Source of the DNA: a virus
IMG/VR virus record: IMGVR_UViG_3300030099_008032
Location: 4,583-68,582 of that record
DNA: 64,000 bases
Strand: one strand, 5' to 3'
Part shown: piece after piece, positions 21,632-31,480 of the stretch
How the letters are laid out: every line of letters begins with the position of its first letter
How positions within the stretch are numbered: position 1 is the stretch's first letter
The notes under the pieces: model-generated
What the model saw: only the letters and a program-made list of their open reading frames with translations
What the model was told of the DNA's origin: nothing
Database searches by the model: none
Made by a program: the position numbers and the translations under genes

Positions 21632-24600
21632 ATGGCACACGACAACGACAACGACCCAAGAGAAAACCCTTGTACAGATGAGTTACTCGATGACCCAACA
21701 GGAACTGACCCGCCCGGGAATCTCCCACCTCCTGGTGGGGGCTTTGAGGCTGAGCCGCCTCAGCCGCCGCGACCGCCCGCGGGCGAGCAACCATTTCCAA
21801 GCCCAGCGCGAAATGAAGATTTTTCTAACCCTGGCGCCCCTGACCCTGCCGCACCAGACAGGATGGAGGACAACGCTGCTATCAACGAGATTGGTTTCTC
21901 TTCTGCAACTAGAGAGGTTTCAACTTTTAATGGTCGAAACTTTGTACCTTTGGCTTCTTTGTATAATAGCTTGCTTGGAAGCACATCATACAATTTTAAT
22001 CACACAGCAGTTAAATCTGCGGCCGCCACTGTTGGTACTACTCCCCAAGCCAATCCCGGAGATAATTTTAGAGAATCAATGTTAAGCTTTTTTACTGACG
22101 GCGGCGACGTCGATGAAATTGCAAAAGAGATTGAGAGAATAGACCTGCAATTTGAAGAAGGAATTTTCCAAGACCGATTTCCAGGCCCTGGTGCATTCAT
22201 GCTTCGACATAAAAGAGAGACATTCTTTTATTCTCCGTTCGGTCGCGACCCAAGTCATGTGAATTTTCAAAATAGTAACGTTTTTGGATTCAACATACCA
22301 TTTGAGGCACTAGACCGAATGGTCCGACCTAGGAGCGACCCAGCCAACCTAGTAATAGAGGGAGAATCTCGTAGTGCCTTGTTTGAACAATATATTTTTA
22401 AGTTTAGAGAAGACACTTATTTAAATGCAACATCGCCAAATCGAGAAGCAGAAACTTATGTAGATACAATGCCTGCAGGAATAAAAAAAGAAGAATTTTA
22501 CGATATTTTTTGCCTTGGGAGCCGCTCCTCTGCGTGGCGAACTATTAGCGAAGACCTAAGCCAAGAGGCCAAAGATTTCTACAGACCTGGGCTTTTTAGG
22601 TTTCCTTTGAACGATGAAAAACATATTTTTTCTGATTTTTGCTTCGATGCTCCCGCCTCTTTTTATGAAAAGGAAGTAAATAATATTTTAATTTCTCCTT
22701 CGCACATGGCGGATGTAGAGGCAGAAGTAAAAAATCCATCTTTCTATTCAGAGTCCGAGCTTCTTATATCTGAGTCTGAAATTCCTAATATATATAAGTT
22801 TTATGATGCAAAGCAGACTATTAAAAATTTAACGGAGAGAACAGAAGATGGTACAATAAGAGACATAGACGGCCTCACGGAACAGCAAGAGTCCTCACTG
22901 TCTGCAGCCCGCCGAGTTATTCAATCGTACACAGACATAAACGAGAGAGATAATGTATACCAGACGCCAGAAGTGCTGAAGTTTACTCACAGAAAAGTCG
23001 AAAAGCTTAAAGAAATAAATGATTTAATTTTTAAAAAAAGAACTTTAAAAAGAAAAGATACATCACTTGCCCAATTTTTAGATGAAGATATAGATATTAC
23101 ACCTGAAAATTACGTCAGAATCAAAATTAGCTCCTCCGAGATTGGAATAGTTAATAATTTTTTGAAAAAAAATAACTTGGATTTAGCAATACTAGAATAT
23201 ATATCATCCCCGGCCGGCCCAGACGGAAAAAGGAGAATCACAAGTCTTTTAGACGACAAATTTATTACAAATGATTTAAATCCAACTTCAGAGGGGACGG
23301 TTGATATAACAAACAATGATGTTGTTGTCAACAATATTAAACTTGATTTTCATCCAAAGTTTTCAACGCAAGGTCTCGGGCCGATTGTAGGAAAAATACA
23401 AAATGACCAAATAAATATCGAAGAGTATCCCTTGAAGTACGATAACTGGGATAACAAACAGCTGCTGTCTCTTGACACCTTAATACAAAAAAATGTATTT
23501 ATGGACCAGTTAAATTCCTATATTGCAGAAACAGGAATCCAAAGAAATTTTCATGACATGATGTCAGGAAAAAAAGCATACTCAGAGGTAATAGGGTATA
23601 AGGTTTTAAAATATAAAGCACTCTCAGAAGAAGAATTTAGCAATCGGCAGAGCATTTTAGATAGTGACAGGGCAAATCGTAGCCCTTTTGCTCCACGAGA
23701 ATTAGCTTCCCCGCGCGAGCTAGTGCAGACATTTTATTTTATGGACTCCGACGGAGTTGAAGAATTTGAGTATATAGATTCTCAAGTTGTGCCCGGTAGA
23801 GAGTATGAATACGAAATATATACAATAAATTTTGTTATTGCAACAGACTACAGATATATACGAAGCCAAACATATTTTAACTGGCAACGCCCCACGGGAC
23901 TGGAAGGCACCCCCCTAGTGTCAGAAGAGGGTTTGCGTAGAATTTATCCGGGTATTGATGATGTGCGCCACAGCGCCATCACCTTAGGCATAATTTCAGA
24001 TAAAAACCTCTGCTTGATTCCTGCGCCGTTTTTTAAGAAAACTATCCGTCCGGAAGATGCACGCCCAATGGCCCCACAGGTTACTTTTTTGCCATATCAA
24101 GGTGTCGAAGATAAGTTTGCAATATTGTTTGATACAAACTATGGAGAAGTAAGAGAAAACAGAATATGGTTTAGAACAGGCGTTCAAAACTATAAAATAA
24201 ACTTTAAAACAGATACACTGCCATCGCACTTCTTGTGTGTAAGGATAGAGGAAGAGCCTAGCCGGTGGCAGGATTTTTATACCTCTAGAACCAGAAGAGA
24301 CTTTGTTGTGCCTTCATATGGCAAGACTGGCTTTCTTATGCAAGACATAGAGCCAAACAAAACTTATTATTATGTTTTTCGTGCCCTTGATAATTATGAC
24401 CCGTCCGAAGATGGAGAATTGCCAAAAGATTTGTCGAGTCTACCAGATGTCAAGGCCATAAGCTCTAATCCAACATCTATATATAAGGTAAGGATTGTTA
24501 GTTATGATGCTGGAATTTTCATGGAACTAGATGTACATGAGATGAATCCTAGCTCAAGCAAGTTTGTTAAAAAGTTTGAAAACATACTTAAGATATCACC

Positions 24601-24901
24601 AGCAATGAGGCAAAAAGTTATAAACTTCACCCGGGTGCTAAACATTGAAGCATCTGAAGATGAAAGTACAATGAACAGACTAAGAAAGGAGCTGCAGCTA
24701 ATTAATCCTGGAGACAATTTTGAGTTCCAAAAATCAGCACCTCAACTGGGCTTATTGTCCCTTGGGCCATCGCAGCCTACGCGTTCAGTTTGGGGGAGAA
24801 AATTTAAATTTAGAATAACGTCAAAAAAGACAGGAAAGAAGATAGATTTGAATATCGGGTTTAAGCAAAGCAAGGACCCTTCACCCGAACCGCTTTCTTG
24901 A
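21632..24901 (+). CDS. Large hypothetical virion protein with a Pro-rich N-terminus and FN3-like segments
   Basis: 1089 aa. 'YIDSQVVPGREYEYEIY' and 'DIEPNKTYYYVFRA' resemble the FN3 L.PGT.Y.(V/F) strand motif. Confidence 0.55.
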   Translation: MAHDNDNDPRENPCTDELLDDPTGTDPPGNLPPPGGGFEAEPPQPPRPPAGEQPFPSPARNEDFSNPGAPDPAAPDRMEDNAAINEIGFSSATREVSTFNGRNFVPLASLYNSLLGSTSYNFNHTAVKSAAATVGTTPQANPGDNFRESMLSFFTDGGDVDEIAKEIERIDLQFEEGIFQDRFPGPGAFMLRHKRETFFYSPFGRDPSHVNFQNSNVFGFNIPFEALDRMVRPRSDPANLVIEGESRSALFEQYIFKFREDTYLNATSPNREAETYVDTMPAGIKKEEFYDIFCLGSRSSAWRTISEDLSQEAKDFYRPGLFRFPLNDEKHIFSDFCFDAPASFYEKEVNNILISPSHMADVEAEVKNPSFYSESELLISESEIPNIYKFYDAKQTIKNLTERTEDGTIRDIDGLTEQQESSLSAARRVIQSYTDINERDNVYQTPEVLKFTHRKVEKLKEINDLIFKKRTLKRKDTSLAQFLDEDIDITPENYVRIKISSSEIGIVNNFLKKNNLDLAILEYISSPAGPDGKRRITSLLDDKFITNDLNPTSEGTVDITNNDVVVNNIKLDFHPKFSTQGLGPIVGKIQNDQINIEEYPLKYDNWDNKQLLSLDTLIQKNVFMDQLNSYIAETGIQRNFHDMMSGKKAYSEVIGYKVLKYKALSEEEFSNRQSILDSDRANRSPFAPRELASPRELVQTFYFMDSDGVEEFEYIDSQVVPGREYEYEIYTINFVIATDYRYIRSQTYFNWQRPTGLEGTPLVSEEGLRRIYPGIDDVRHSAITLGIISDKNLCLIPAPFFKKTIRPEDARPMAPQVTFLPYQGVEDKFAILFDTNYGEVRENRIWFRTGVQNYKINFKTDTLPSHFLCVRIEEEPSRWQDFYTSRTRRDFVVPSYGKTGFLMQDIEPNKTYYYVFRALDNYDPSEDGELPKDLSSLPDVKAISSNPTSIYKVRIVSYDAGIFMELDVHEMNPSSSKFVKKFENILKISPAMRQKVINFTRVLNIEASEDESTMNRLRKELQLINPGDNFEFQKSAPQLGLLSLGPSQPTRSVWGRKFKFRITSKKTGKKIDLNIGFKQSKDPSPEPLS

Positions 24902-24930
24902 ATATTAAAAGCATTATTTTAATTTGAATA

Positions 24931-24938
24931 ACTATTTA
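24931..24938 (+). promoter_or_regulatory. Putative late promoter motif ACTATTTA
   Basis: Intergenic motif followed by a GAGGAG SD and the ATG at 24973. Confidence 0.55.
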
Positions 24939-24972
24939 TTAATGAATTTTAGCTTATAAAGAGGAGTTATGT

Positions 24973-26049
24973 ATGGCTTTTTTAGATAATTCGGGAGATA
25001 TAATACTAGATGCGGTCTTGACCGATGCAGGCCGCCAAAGAATGGCAAGGGGTAATTTTAAGATTACAAAGTTTGCCCTGGGGGATGAAGAGATAAATTA
25101 TGGTCTATACAATTCAAATCACCCAAGTGGCTCAGCTTTTTATGATTTAACAATCATGCAAACGCCTGTTTTGGAGGCTTTTACTGATAACGCCTCTATG
25201 ATGAAAAGCCGACTAGTCACAATGATTAGGAATAATATACTTTTCTTGCCAACACTTAAGCTTAATAACGATTCCGATAATAAAACAGCATTGCACTCAG
25301 ATAAGGTTTATTACCTTTTGGCAGATGTCAAAACCCAAGAAGATATAAATGACGCAAACCTTGCTGAGCACCGCAATTTCTTGTCAGGATTCCTCAGAGG
25401 CCATGGGGTGAAGAACATAAATTCAGACCCAACTAATCACATAGCAATAGACCAAGGAATTGACAGTACAGATGGCGGAATAACCTATAAAACGATTATG
25501 CCTGAAGACCTAGTAGAAACAGCATATATAATAAGAGCAGACCACAGACTTCTTAGAATAAATGTCCCAGACGCAACATTAAATACTGCAAATACCGCCT
25601 TGGTGAATCAATTTGTTGACGATGATGGGATTGCTACCTATTACGTTTCACTAGGGGATAGGAATGGCGCCGTCGAGCAAAATCCGACACCTGACTTTAG
25701 TTCACCATTCAAGGATGAGCGTCACCGCGGCAACGTTGCAATTGGAAACGCCTCGCTTTTTAATGACGACGTCGCCGGAAACGACAAGGCTGCAATAAAT
25801 GAAGCTTTCGCGGGCCCCCTTGGAAGTATTCTAAGAATATATCCTAGAACGTCAGTGCATGTACAAAATAGTGAAACTTTGTTCGATGAAATTGGGCAAG
25901 TTGGCACAGGTAATCTTCAAATCACGAGCCAAGACCACGATAAGCTAACGAGTTGGAAATATATTGATACGGTGATTAACGTGGTTGGAGTTACAACAGG
26001 TTACTCTATAGACATACCAATTAGAATAGTTAGAAAAGTAGTAAGTTAA
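24973..26049 (+). CDS. Virion structural protein (baseplate/fibre-attachment-like)
   Basis: 358 aa with a GAGGAG SD. The N-terminal 'LTDAGRQRMARGNFKITKFALGD' resembles the N-terminal half of P2 gpH/DUF3751. Confidence 0.65.
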   Translation: MAFLDNSGDIILDAVLTDAGRQRMARGNFKITKFALGDEEINYGLYNSNHPSGSAFYDLTIMQTPVLEAFTDNASMMKSRLVTMIRNNILFLPTLKLNNDSDNKTALHSDKVYYLLADVKTQEDINDANLAEHRNFLSGFLRGHGVKNINSDPTNHIAIDQGIDSTDGGITYKTIMPEDLVETAYIIRADHRLLRINVPDATLNTANTALVNQFVDDDGIATYYVSLGDRNGAVEQNPTPDFSSPFKDERHRGNVAIGNASLFNDDVAGNDKAAINEAFAGPLGSILRIYPRTSVHVQNSETLFDEIGQVGTGNLQITSQDHDKLTSWKYIDTVINVVGVTTGYSIDIPIRIVRKVVS

Positions 26050-26065
26050 ATATTAGGAGCATATA

Positions 26066-27229
26066 ATGGCCAATACATTTTTTAAAAGTTTTGCAGAGAA
26101 TGACAGAACTAGCACAAGAACCCTTTTGCACGAGAATATACCAATCACTGGGACTATAGTTTCAGGCACTTATACGAATGCAGACAAGACAGCACAGAAA
26201 AATATAAAATCTTTTTCTCATGGAATGTTTAAGTCGGTGTATGACTACCCGTATGCTAGTTCTTCTGCTAATCATATATTTGACGTTTCATATGGCATCT
26301 TGACTTCTGCCTCCTTTATACATTATGGGGGAACTAAGCTAGGCCATGCAACCAACAAAGACGGAAATGCGGCACTTGATTTATTTGACTACGACATAAG
26401 AAATATAGTAACAGGCTCAGAATTTGGGCAAATGTTAGATAAAAAGAGCAACCTCTATTCTCAGATGGCACAAATTTTAATGGGCTTTAATACGGACGGT
26501 GACGTTCGTCTTTTTGATTTGGACGGAAACTTATCGGCCGGCCGCAAAATAGGGTCCGCATTTTTTATCAACCTTTCAAGGTTAATAGTTAAGGACGAAA
26601 TTAAAAAGGGGACCTTTTCTCTAACTATGGGTTCGGCTAACTCTTATGATGCACCCTTTGCGTCAACATTCACCCTTGCTGATTTGGAGGCTGGAAATAA
26701 ATATTTCACTAATTCTCCCGCCGGCGAATTTGGGATATTATATACTGGCTCGTCCGCGGACGGAACAACGTTTGGGGACTCACGAGGCTTAATATTTTAC
26801 CAAGCCGGCGTGGCTGTGATACCTGCTGCGTCAAACGTGGCCGGAGGGGATATGGTCAACGCTGTTTGGCAATCAAACGGACAAACAAAAGTCCAAACAC
26901 TGGTAACCGCTTCTATGGATACAGTCGCAGATAGCTTTCTGCACAGACTTGATAAGGTTCAATTTAATAATACAACAGAGTTAAACTCAACAATATACTT
27001 TTGCAGAGCAAACCACAATGAATTTAATTACAGCTCTAACCCAACATACCTTAGTCAGAGCAAAATAGTAGTAAAGGGAGACAATGTCTTGGCACCACCG
27101 CGCTCTTATGTCACGACTGTTGGACTTTATTCTGCTGACAATGAGCTTCTCGCGGTTGCTAAGCTGTCAGAGCCCTTAAGAAAAGACCCAACAAACGAAC
27201 TAACATTACGAGTTAGATTGGACTACTAA
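26066..27229 (+). CDS. Virion structural protein, paralogue of the next ORF
   Basis: C-terminus 'NEFNYSSNPTY...YVTTVGLYSADNELLAVAKLSEPLRKD...RVRLDY'. Confidence 0.7.
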   Translation: MANTFFKSFAENDRTSTRTLLHENIPITGTIVSGTYTNADKTAQKNIKSFSHGMFKSVYDYPYASSSANHIFDVSYGILTSASFIHYGGTKLGHATNKDGNAALDLFDYDIRNIVTGSEFGQMLDKKSNLYSQMAQILMGFNTDGDVRLFDLDGNLSAGRKIGSAFFINLSRLIVKDEIKKGTFSLTMGSANSYDAPFASTFTLADLEAGNKYFTNSPAGEFGILYTGSSADGTTFGDSRGLIFYQAGVAVIPAASNVAGGDMVNAVWQSNGQTKVQTLVTASMDTVADSFLHRLDKVQFNNTTELNSTIYFCRANHNEFNYSSNPTYLSQSKIVVKGDNVLAPPRSYVTTVGLYSADNELLAVAKLSEPLRKDPTNELTLRVRLDY

Positions 27230-27230
27230 A

Positions 27231-28436
27231 ATGTCTCTCAAAAGGTTTGGACCAAATGACCTGATTTACAGTTCTCTGGTTACTAAGCCACAATACAGTT
27301 TCATAGTTCACAGCGGCTCTCACTACAGAGATAATGAAATATTATCGGATGGAAACTTTTCTAATAAGATAAAGCACATTGAAGATGGTCACATTAGCTT
27401 ACATGAACTTAATGTAGATAGGCCGGCCAACTCTATGATTTACGGCTTCATAGAAAAAAATACAACCAGATACTCATTTAGAACTGTAAGTGTCCAAGAA
27501 TTTGATGATAATACAGAGATTCAATATGGAAACAGGATAACTCAAAGTTACCCAGTCAAAGCCGGCCTAAGTAGAATATTTATAGATTCTGGTCAAGAGT
27601 TTGATGTTCAGAATTTTGAAAATATTGGTTCGGCTACATTCGCAGCCCCAAATAAAAAATATATTCGAGCACTTAGGTCACTAGTCGAAACTAGCGAGAC
27701 CTTTGGCCAAGTAAAAGAATATGGAGCCCTTGGTACAAGCAAGGTAAATCTAGTTTGTATTCCAGGAATATTTTATGGCTCAAAAGTTGAAAAAGGCTCA
27801 GTGGAACTAAATTACTACATCACTGGAGCTCTCGCTGGAACATTAAGGGACACAGCTAAAGACGGACTACTGGTTCAAACTCACGGCAATAATAAGGGCT
27901 CAACAGCCGGCTACGTTCTCTATAACCAGGGTATAATAATGTTGTCCGGCTCTTGGAATCTTTCAGTTGGCGGATATGTAGACAATTTTTTTTCAGATTC
28001 TGCCACTGAGTTCCCTACCTGGCTCAGTTTTGGAACCGGAATTCCCACCGTGGGAACCCCAGTGACAACAGGCTCTGTCGCATCCTCAGCTTATGAAATA
28101 AAGTTCAAAGGCTACAATAAGATACCAACCTTGACAATGATGGCTCATTCTGAGAAAAATGAAGAAAACTTCTCTACTAATCCAACATTTTTAGAATCAT
28201 CGAGTGTCAAATCTCAAAGCTCAGAAAGAATGTACCTTGCGCCTCGCAGAAGAATTAAAAATATAAATAAATCAGACTTTGCAAATCACAGCGCGTCATT
28301 TGAAAGCAATACTTTTATAACTAAAGTTGGCATATATGATGAAGACCAAAACTTAATAGCTGTTGCCTCTTTGGCAAACCCAATCAAAAAGAGAAGAGAA
28401 AGAGATTATATGATAAAGATGCGAATGGATTTTTAG
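27231..28436 (+). CDS. Virion structural protein, paralogue of the previous ORF
   Basis: C-terminus 'NEENFSTNPTF...FITKVGIYDEDQNLIAVASLANPIKK...KMRMDF'. Confidence 0.7.
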   Translation: MSLKRFGPNDLIYSSLVTKPQYSFIVHSGSHYRDNEILSDGNFSNKIKHIEDGHISLHELNVDRPANSMIYGFIEKNTTRYSFRTVSVQEFDDNTEIQYGNRITQSYPVKAGLSRIFIDSGQEFDVQNFENIGSATFAAPNKKYIRALRSLVETSETFGQVKEYGALGTSKVNLVCIPGIFYGSKVEKGSVELNYYITGALAGTLRDTAKDGLLVQTHGNNKGSTAGYVLYNQGIIMLSGSWNLSVGGYVDNFFSDSATEFPTWLSFGTGIPTVGTPVTTGSVASSAYEIKFKGYNKIPTLTMMAHSEKNEENFSTNPTFLESSSVKSQSSERMYLAPRRRIKNINKSDFANHSASFESNTFITKVGIYDEDQNLIAVASLANPIKKRRERDYMIKMRMDF

Positions 28437-28437
28437 C

Positions 28438-29115
28438 ATGGATGCAAAGGACAGATTCTTTTCAGTTCTGATGAGGACGAAGTATCTAAAAAGTACTTTA
28501 GAAATCACAAGACAAATAGCTATGCAGGCTCATGATATATTTGCTAGGTATTTAAATGAAAGACTCAGCACTGAATACCCCCAAGAAGAGAGTAAGCAAG
28601 AAAGTCCAAGACCAGCCCAACCTAATCAAGACTTTGCAGATGACACCAGCGAATCAGAACACAACCACAATCAGGCTGACAGTCCAATAGAGCAAGGCTA
28701 TTCGTACTCAGAAGAAGACGTACAAAGTAAAGTGGAGAGTGAAGAAAAAGAAGAAAACATAAAAAAAGTTTTTCGAAAAATAGTTTTTGAAGTGCACCCC
28801 GATAGGCTCGGAGGTACCTCTAATTTCGAGAAGTCTGCGAAAAAAGTGCTTTTTGAAAAAGCAAGAGAATCTTTTGAAAAAGATGATTATTATGGTATAA
28901 TAGAAATTGCAGAACAGTTAAATATAGATTTTCCGCCGCCAACAAGTAAGCAAATTGAGGCCATGAAACTAATGAACCTAGAAATGGAAAGAGAAATCTA
29001 CACCTTAAAGAACTCTGTAGTTTGGCAGTGGCATCACGCAGATACTGACGACGTAAGAAAAGAAATAATGGACAACTACATTGAGTACACCAGAGAAAAC
29101 AATCTTAGGACTTGA
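28438..29115 (+). CDS. J-domain (DnaJ-like) protein
   Basis: 'IKKVFRKIVFEVHPDRLG...LFEKARESFE' contains J-domain helix II, the HPD motif and helix III. Confidence 0.75.
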   Translation: MDAKDRFFSVLMRTKYLKSTLEITRQIAMQAHDIFARYLNERLSTEYPQEESKQESPRPAQPNQDFADDTSESEHNHNQADSPIEQGYSYSEEDVQSKVESEEKEENIKKVFRKIVFEVHPDRLGGTSNFEKSAKKVLFEKARESFEKDDYYGIIEIAEQLNIDFPPPTSKQIEAMKLMNLEMEREIYTLKNSVVWQWHHADTDDVRKEIMDNYIEYTRENNLRT

Positions 29116-29632
29116 CATATCAACCTCTATAACCGGGATTGCAGTTATCCACGCCGGAGAAATAAGAGAAAGTTTTTTCTGGGACACTAGAAATAAAAAT
29201 AAGTTTCCATCTCTTTATGATAAGGCGGCCTTTCTAAAAGAAAATTTAATTAAACTTAGAAAACAGTATGAAATATCAGATATTTACATAGAGCAGTCGC
29301 TCCATTCTTTTCGTTCTGGGTTTTCTTCTGCACAAACACTATCGACATTATCTCGTTTTAATGGTATAGTGTCATGGTTATGTTACGAAATATTTGGTAC
29401 TCAGCCCAAGATGATTGCGGCCACATCAGCGAGAAAGCAAGCTGGTGTTGGTATCAAACGAGGCGATAATGCTAAAGAAAAAGTTTTACAGTTTGTTGTT
29501 GACAATTACCCCGATATCGAGATAATATATACGAAGCATGGAAATCCAAAACCAGGAGTGTTGGATATGTGCGATAGTATTATTATAGCTTTGGCAGGTG
29601 ACAAAATTGCAAGAGAAGAGGGAAATACTTAA
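29081..29632 (+). CDS. ruvC: RuvC-like Holliday junction resolvase
   Basis: Catalytic acidic motifs 'ILGLDISTSITGIAVI', 'IYIEQ' and C-terminal 'DMCDSIIIA'. Confidence 0.85.
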   Translation: MSTPEKTILGLDISTSITGIAVIHAGEIRESFFWDTRNKNKFPSLYDKAAFLKENLIKLRKQYEISDIYIEQSLHSFRSGFSSAQTLSTLSRFNGIVSWLCYEIFGTQPKMIAATSARKQAGVGIKRGDNAKEKVLQFVVDNYPDIEIIYTKHGNPKPGVLDMCDSIIIALAGDKIAREEGNT

Positions 29633-30524
29633 AAAAGCCTTTGGAAGACCATGGTTTAGTGGAGGCGAGATGCTTTTCCATTGCCCTAAGTGCGACCACG
29701 ACAAAAAGAAAATGTCAGTCAATATTGACAAGAATGCTTTTAAATGTTGGATTTGCGGCTACTCAGGCAACAAAATTTCCTACCTTATTGCTAAACACGC
29801 TTCAGAGTATTACGCAGAGTGGTCCAGTATCGCAGAAGAAGTTGACTTATCGAAGTATGAATTTATTTTCGACGAGCCAGACGAACTGCCAGACCAAATA
29901 ATTAATTTTCCACAAGAATTTAAATCACTTACAGGTCCAAAGACAGGAGATAAGAGAAAAGCACTAGAGTATCTATATTCCAGAGATATCACAGATTTAG
30001 ACATTCTTCGATGGAAGATAGGCTTTTGTGATTTTGGCGAATACCAAGGCAGGGTAATAATTCCATCGTTCAATACAAAAGGTCAGCTCAATTACTTTGT
30101 AGCGCGCTCTTATACTGAAGATTGGATGAAGTATAAAAACCCTAGAGCAAGTAAAGACTTGGTATTCAATGACTTAAATATTGATTGGGATGATGATATA
30201 GTAATTGTAGAAGGAGCGTTCGATGCAATACGACACAAAAACTGCATTCCCATTCTTGGGTCTAGCTTGCGAGAGAATCACAAACTATTCCAAAAGATAT
30301 GTCGGAGCAAACGTGAGGTATTCCTTGCTCTTGACGAGGATGCGAAAAGCAAAGAGTTTTCTATAGCAAAGAAGTTTCATGAATATGGAGTTGCTTGCAA
30401 GAGTATTCCAGTGAACCCATATCCAGACCTTGCAGAGATGCCACGAGATGAGTTTTTGACCAGAAAACAAAATGCTGACTTTATAACAGATTTAGACTAT
30501 TTAGAATATAAACTTGATTTTTAG
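29598..30524 (+). CDS. dnaG: DNA primase (Zn-binding + TOPRIM)
   Basis: 'CPKC...FKCWICG' Zn ribbon, 'YLYSRDI', 'RVIIP...YFVARS', TOPRIM 'IVEGAFDA' and 'LALDEDA'. Confidence 0.9.
   Translation: MTKLQEKREILKKAFGRPWFSGGEMLFHCPKCDHDKKKMSVNIDKNAFKCWICGYSGNKISYLIAKHASEYYAEWSSIAEEVDLSKYEFIFDEPDELPDQIINFPQEFKSLTGPKTGDKRKALEYLYSRDITDLDILRWKIGFCDFGEYQGRVIIPSFNTKGQLNYFVARSYTEDWMKYKNPRASKDLVFNDLNIDWDDDIVIVEGAFDAIRHKNCIPILGSSLRENHKLFQKICRSKREVFLALDEDAKSKEFSIAKKFHEYGVACKSIPVNPYPDLAEMPRDEFLTRKQNADFITDLDYLEYKLDF
30496..30503 (+). promoter_or_regulatory. Putative late promoter motif ACTATTTA (inside the primase 3' end)
   Basis: About 40 nt before the GTG of the 30542 ORF. Confidence 0.45.
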
Positions 30525-30541
30525 CTTATGAGGGATATTGA

Positions 30542-31237
30542 GTGAGCACTACTAAAAAGAAACAAATAAAAGAAGAGAAGAAGTGGTACCAGAAAACCAA
30601 ACAAGACCTTAAGAAGACCTACCGCTCCGCCCGAGGGCGCCCGGGCTCTGCTGGAGACAGGGAACTGGACCATGCGAAGAAGCTAGCAATAAAAAAAGCC
30701 TCGACAGCAATTCAAAATATCATTGACAAGCGCGCTGAAGCCTCCCTCGTGGCTGCCGCGGCCGAAGTGGACAAAGATATACAAAACTCCACACCAGACT
30801 TAAACCTCGAAGAGCTTGCCTTCGCGGCCTTGGAGAAGGAATATTTTAAGGTATACAACAGCGTTATGAAAACCATAGAATTGCAGAGCCCCGGGGCCCT
30901 TACAGTTGGAAACCCTGGGTACATCTCGACAGAAGAAATATTTAATATAGTCGATAACCAGTTTGCAAAAGAATACGCCGGCGCCACGTTGGTTAAGACT
31001 GACAACGGTTTTCAGTGGGTTTTTGATAATACCAGTACGACACCTGTAAACGTATATGATTATGAAGTCCCAGTGTATGACACGATGGGTAATGACTTAA
31101 CTGGTCGAGGAAAAGACAAAATGGTCAACCCCTATATGGAAAGTGTTAAACACAACAATCAGCTTATTTTAGAAAACCATAGAAAAAACAGAAAAGTACA
31201 CCCAGCTGCTAAAAACAACTGGTGGTATGACGCTTAA
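30542..31237 (+). CDS. Hypothetical protein (possible head internal protein)
   Basis: 231 aa with a GAGGG SD and a basic N-terminus 'KKKQIKEE'. Confidence 0.55.
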   Translation: MSTTKKKQIKEEKKWYQKTKQDLKKTYRSARGRPGSAGDRELDHAKKLAIKKASTAIQNIIDKRAEASLVAAAAEVDKDIQNSTPDLNLEELAFAALEKEYFKVYNSVMKTIELQSPGALTVGNPGYISTEEIFNIVDNQFAKEYAGATLVKTDNGFQWVFDNTSTTPVNVYDYEVPVYDTMGNDLTGRGKDKMVNPYMESVKHNNQLILENHRKNRKVHPAAKNNWWYDA

Positions 31238-31251
31238 TAAGGGATAACATT

Positions 31252-31422
31252 ATGCAAATCACCAAAAGAAGACTAAAAGAAATCATCAAAGAAGAGATGG
31301 ACCACCTTGCAGAAACCGGGGACCTGGAAGCGCTCACCGAATCAGAAAAAATGGCGTTTGAAATCATTCTAGAAAAACTCTCACCAGAACAATTAAAAGA
31401 ATTGGGACTAAAAAGAATTTAG
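31252..31422 (+). CDS. Small 56-aa protein not in the ORF track: MQITKRRLKEIIKEEMDHLAETGDLEALTESEKMAFEIILEKLSPEQLKELGLKRI
   Basis: Read directly from the sequence: AAGGGA SD, ATG at 31252, TAG at 31420-31422. Fills the intergenic gap. Confidence 0.75.
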   Translation: MQITKRRLKEIIKEEMDHLAETGDLEALTESEKMAFEIILEKLSPEQLKELGLKRI

Positions 31423-31451
31423 TTGACACTCTTAGCAATCCCTGATATACT
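31423..31451 (+). promoter_or_regulatory. Sigma70-type promoter TTGACA-N17-TATACT with extended -10 TG
   Basis: TTGACA at 31423-31428, 17-nt spacer, TG at 31443-44, TATACT at 31446-31451. GGAGG SD and ATG at 31481 follow. Confidence 0.8.
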
Positions 31452-31480
31452 ACATCCAGAACATAATTATCGGAGGATAA

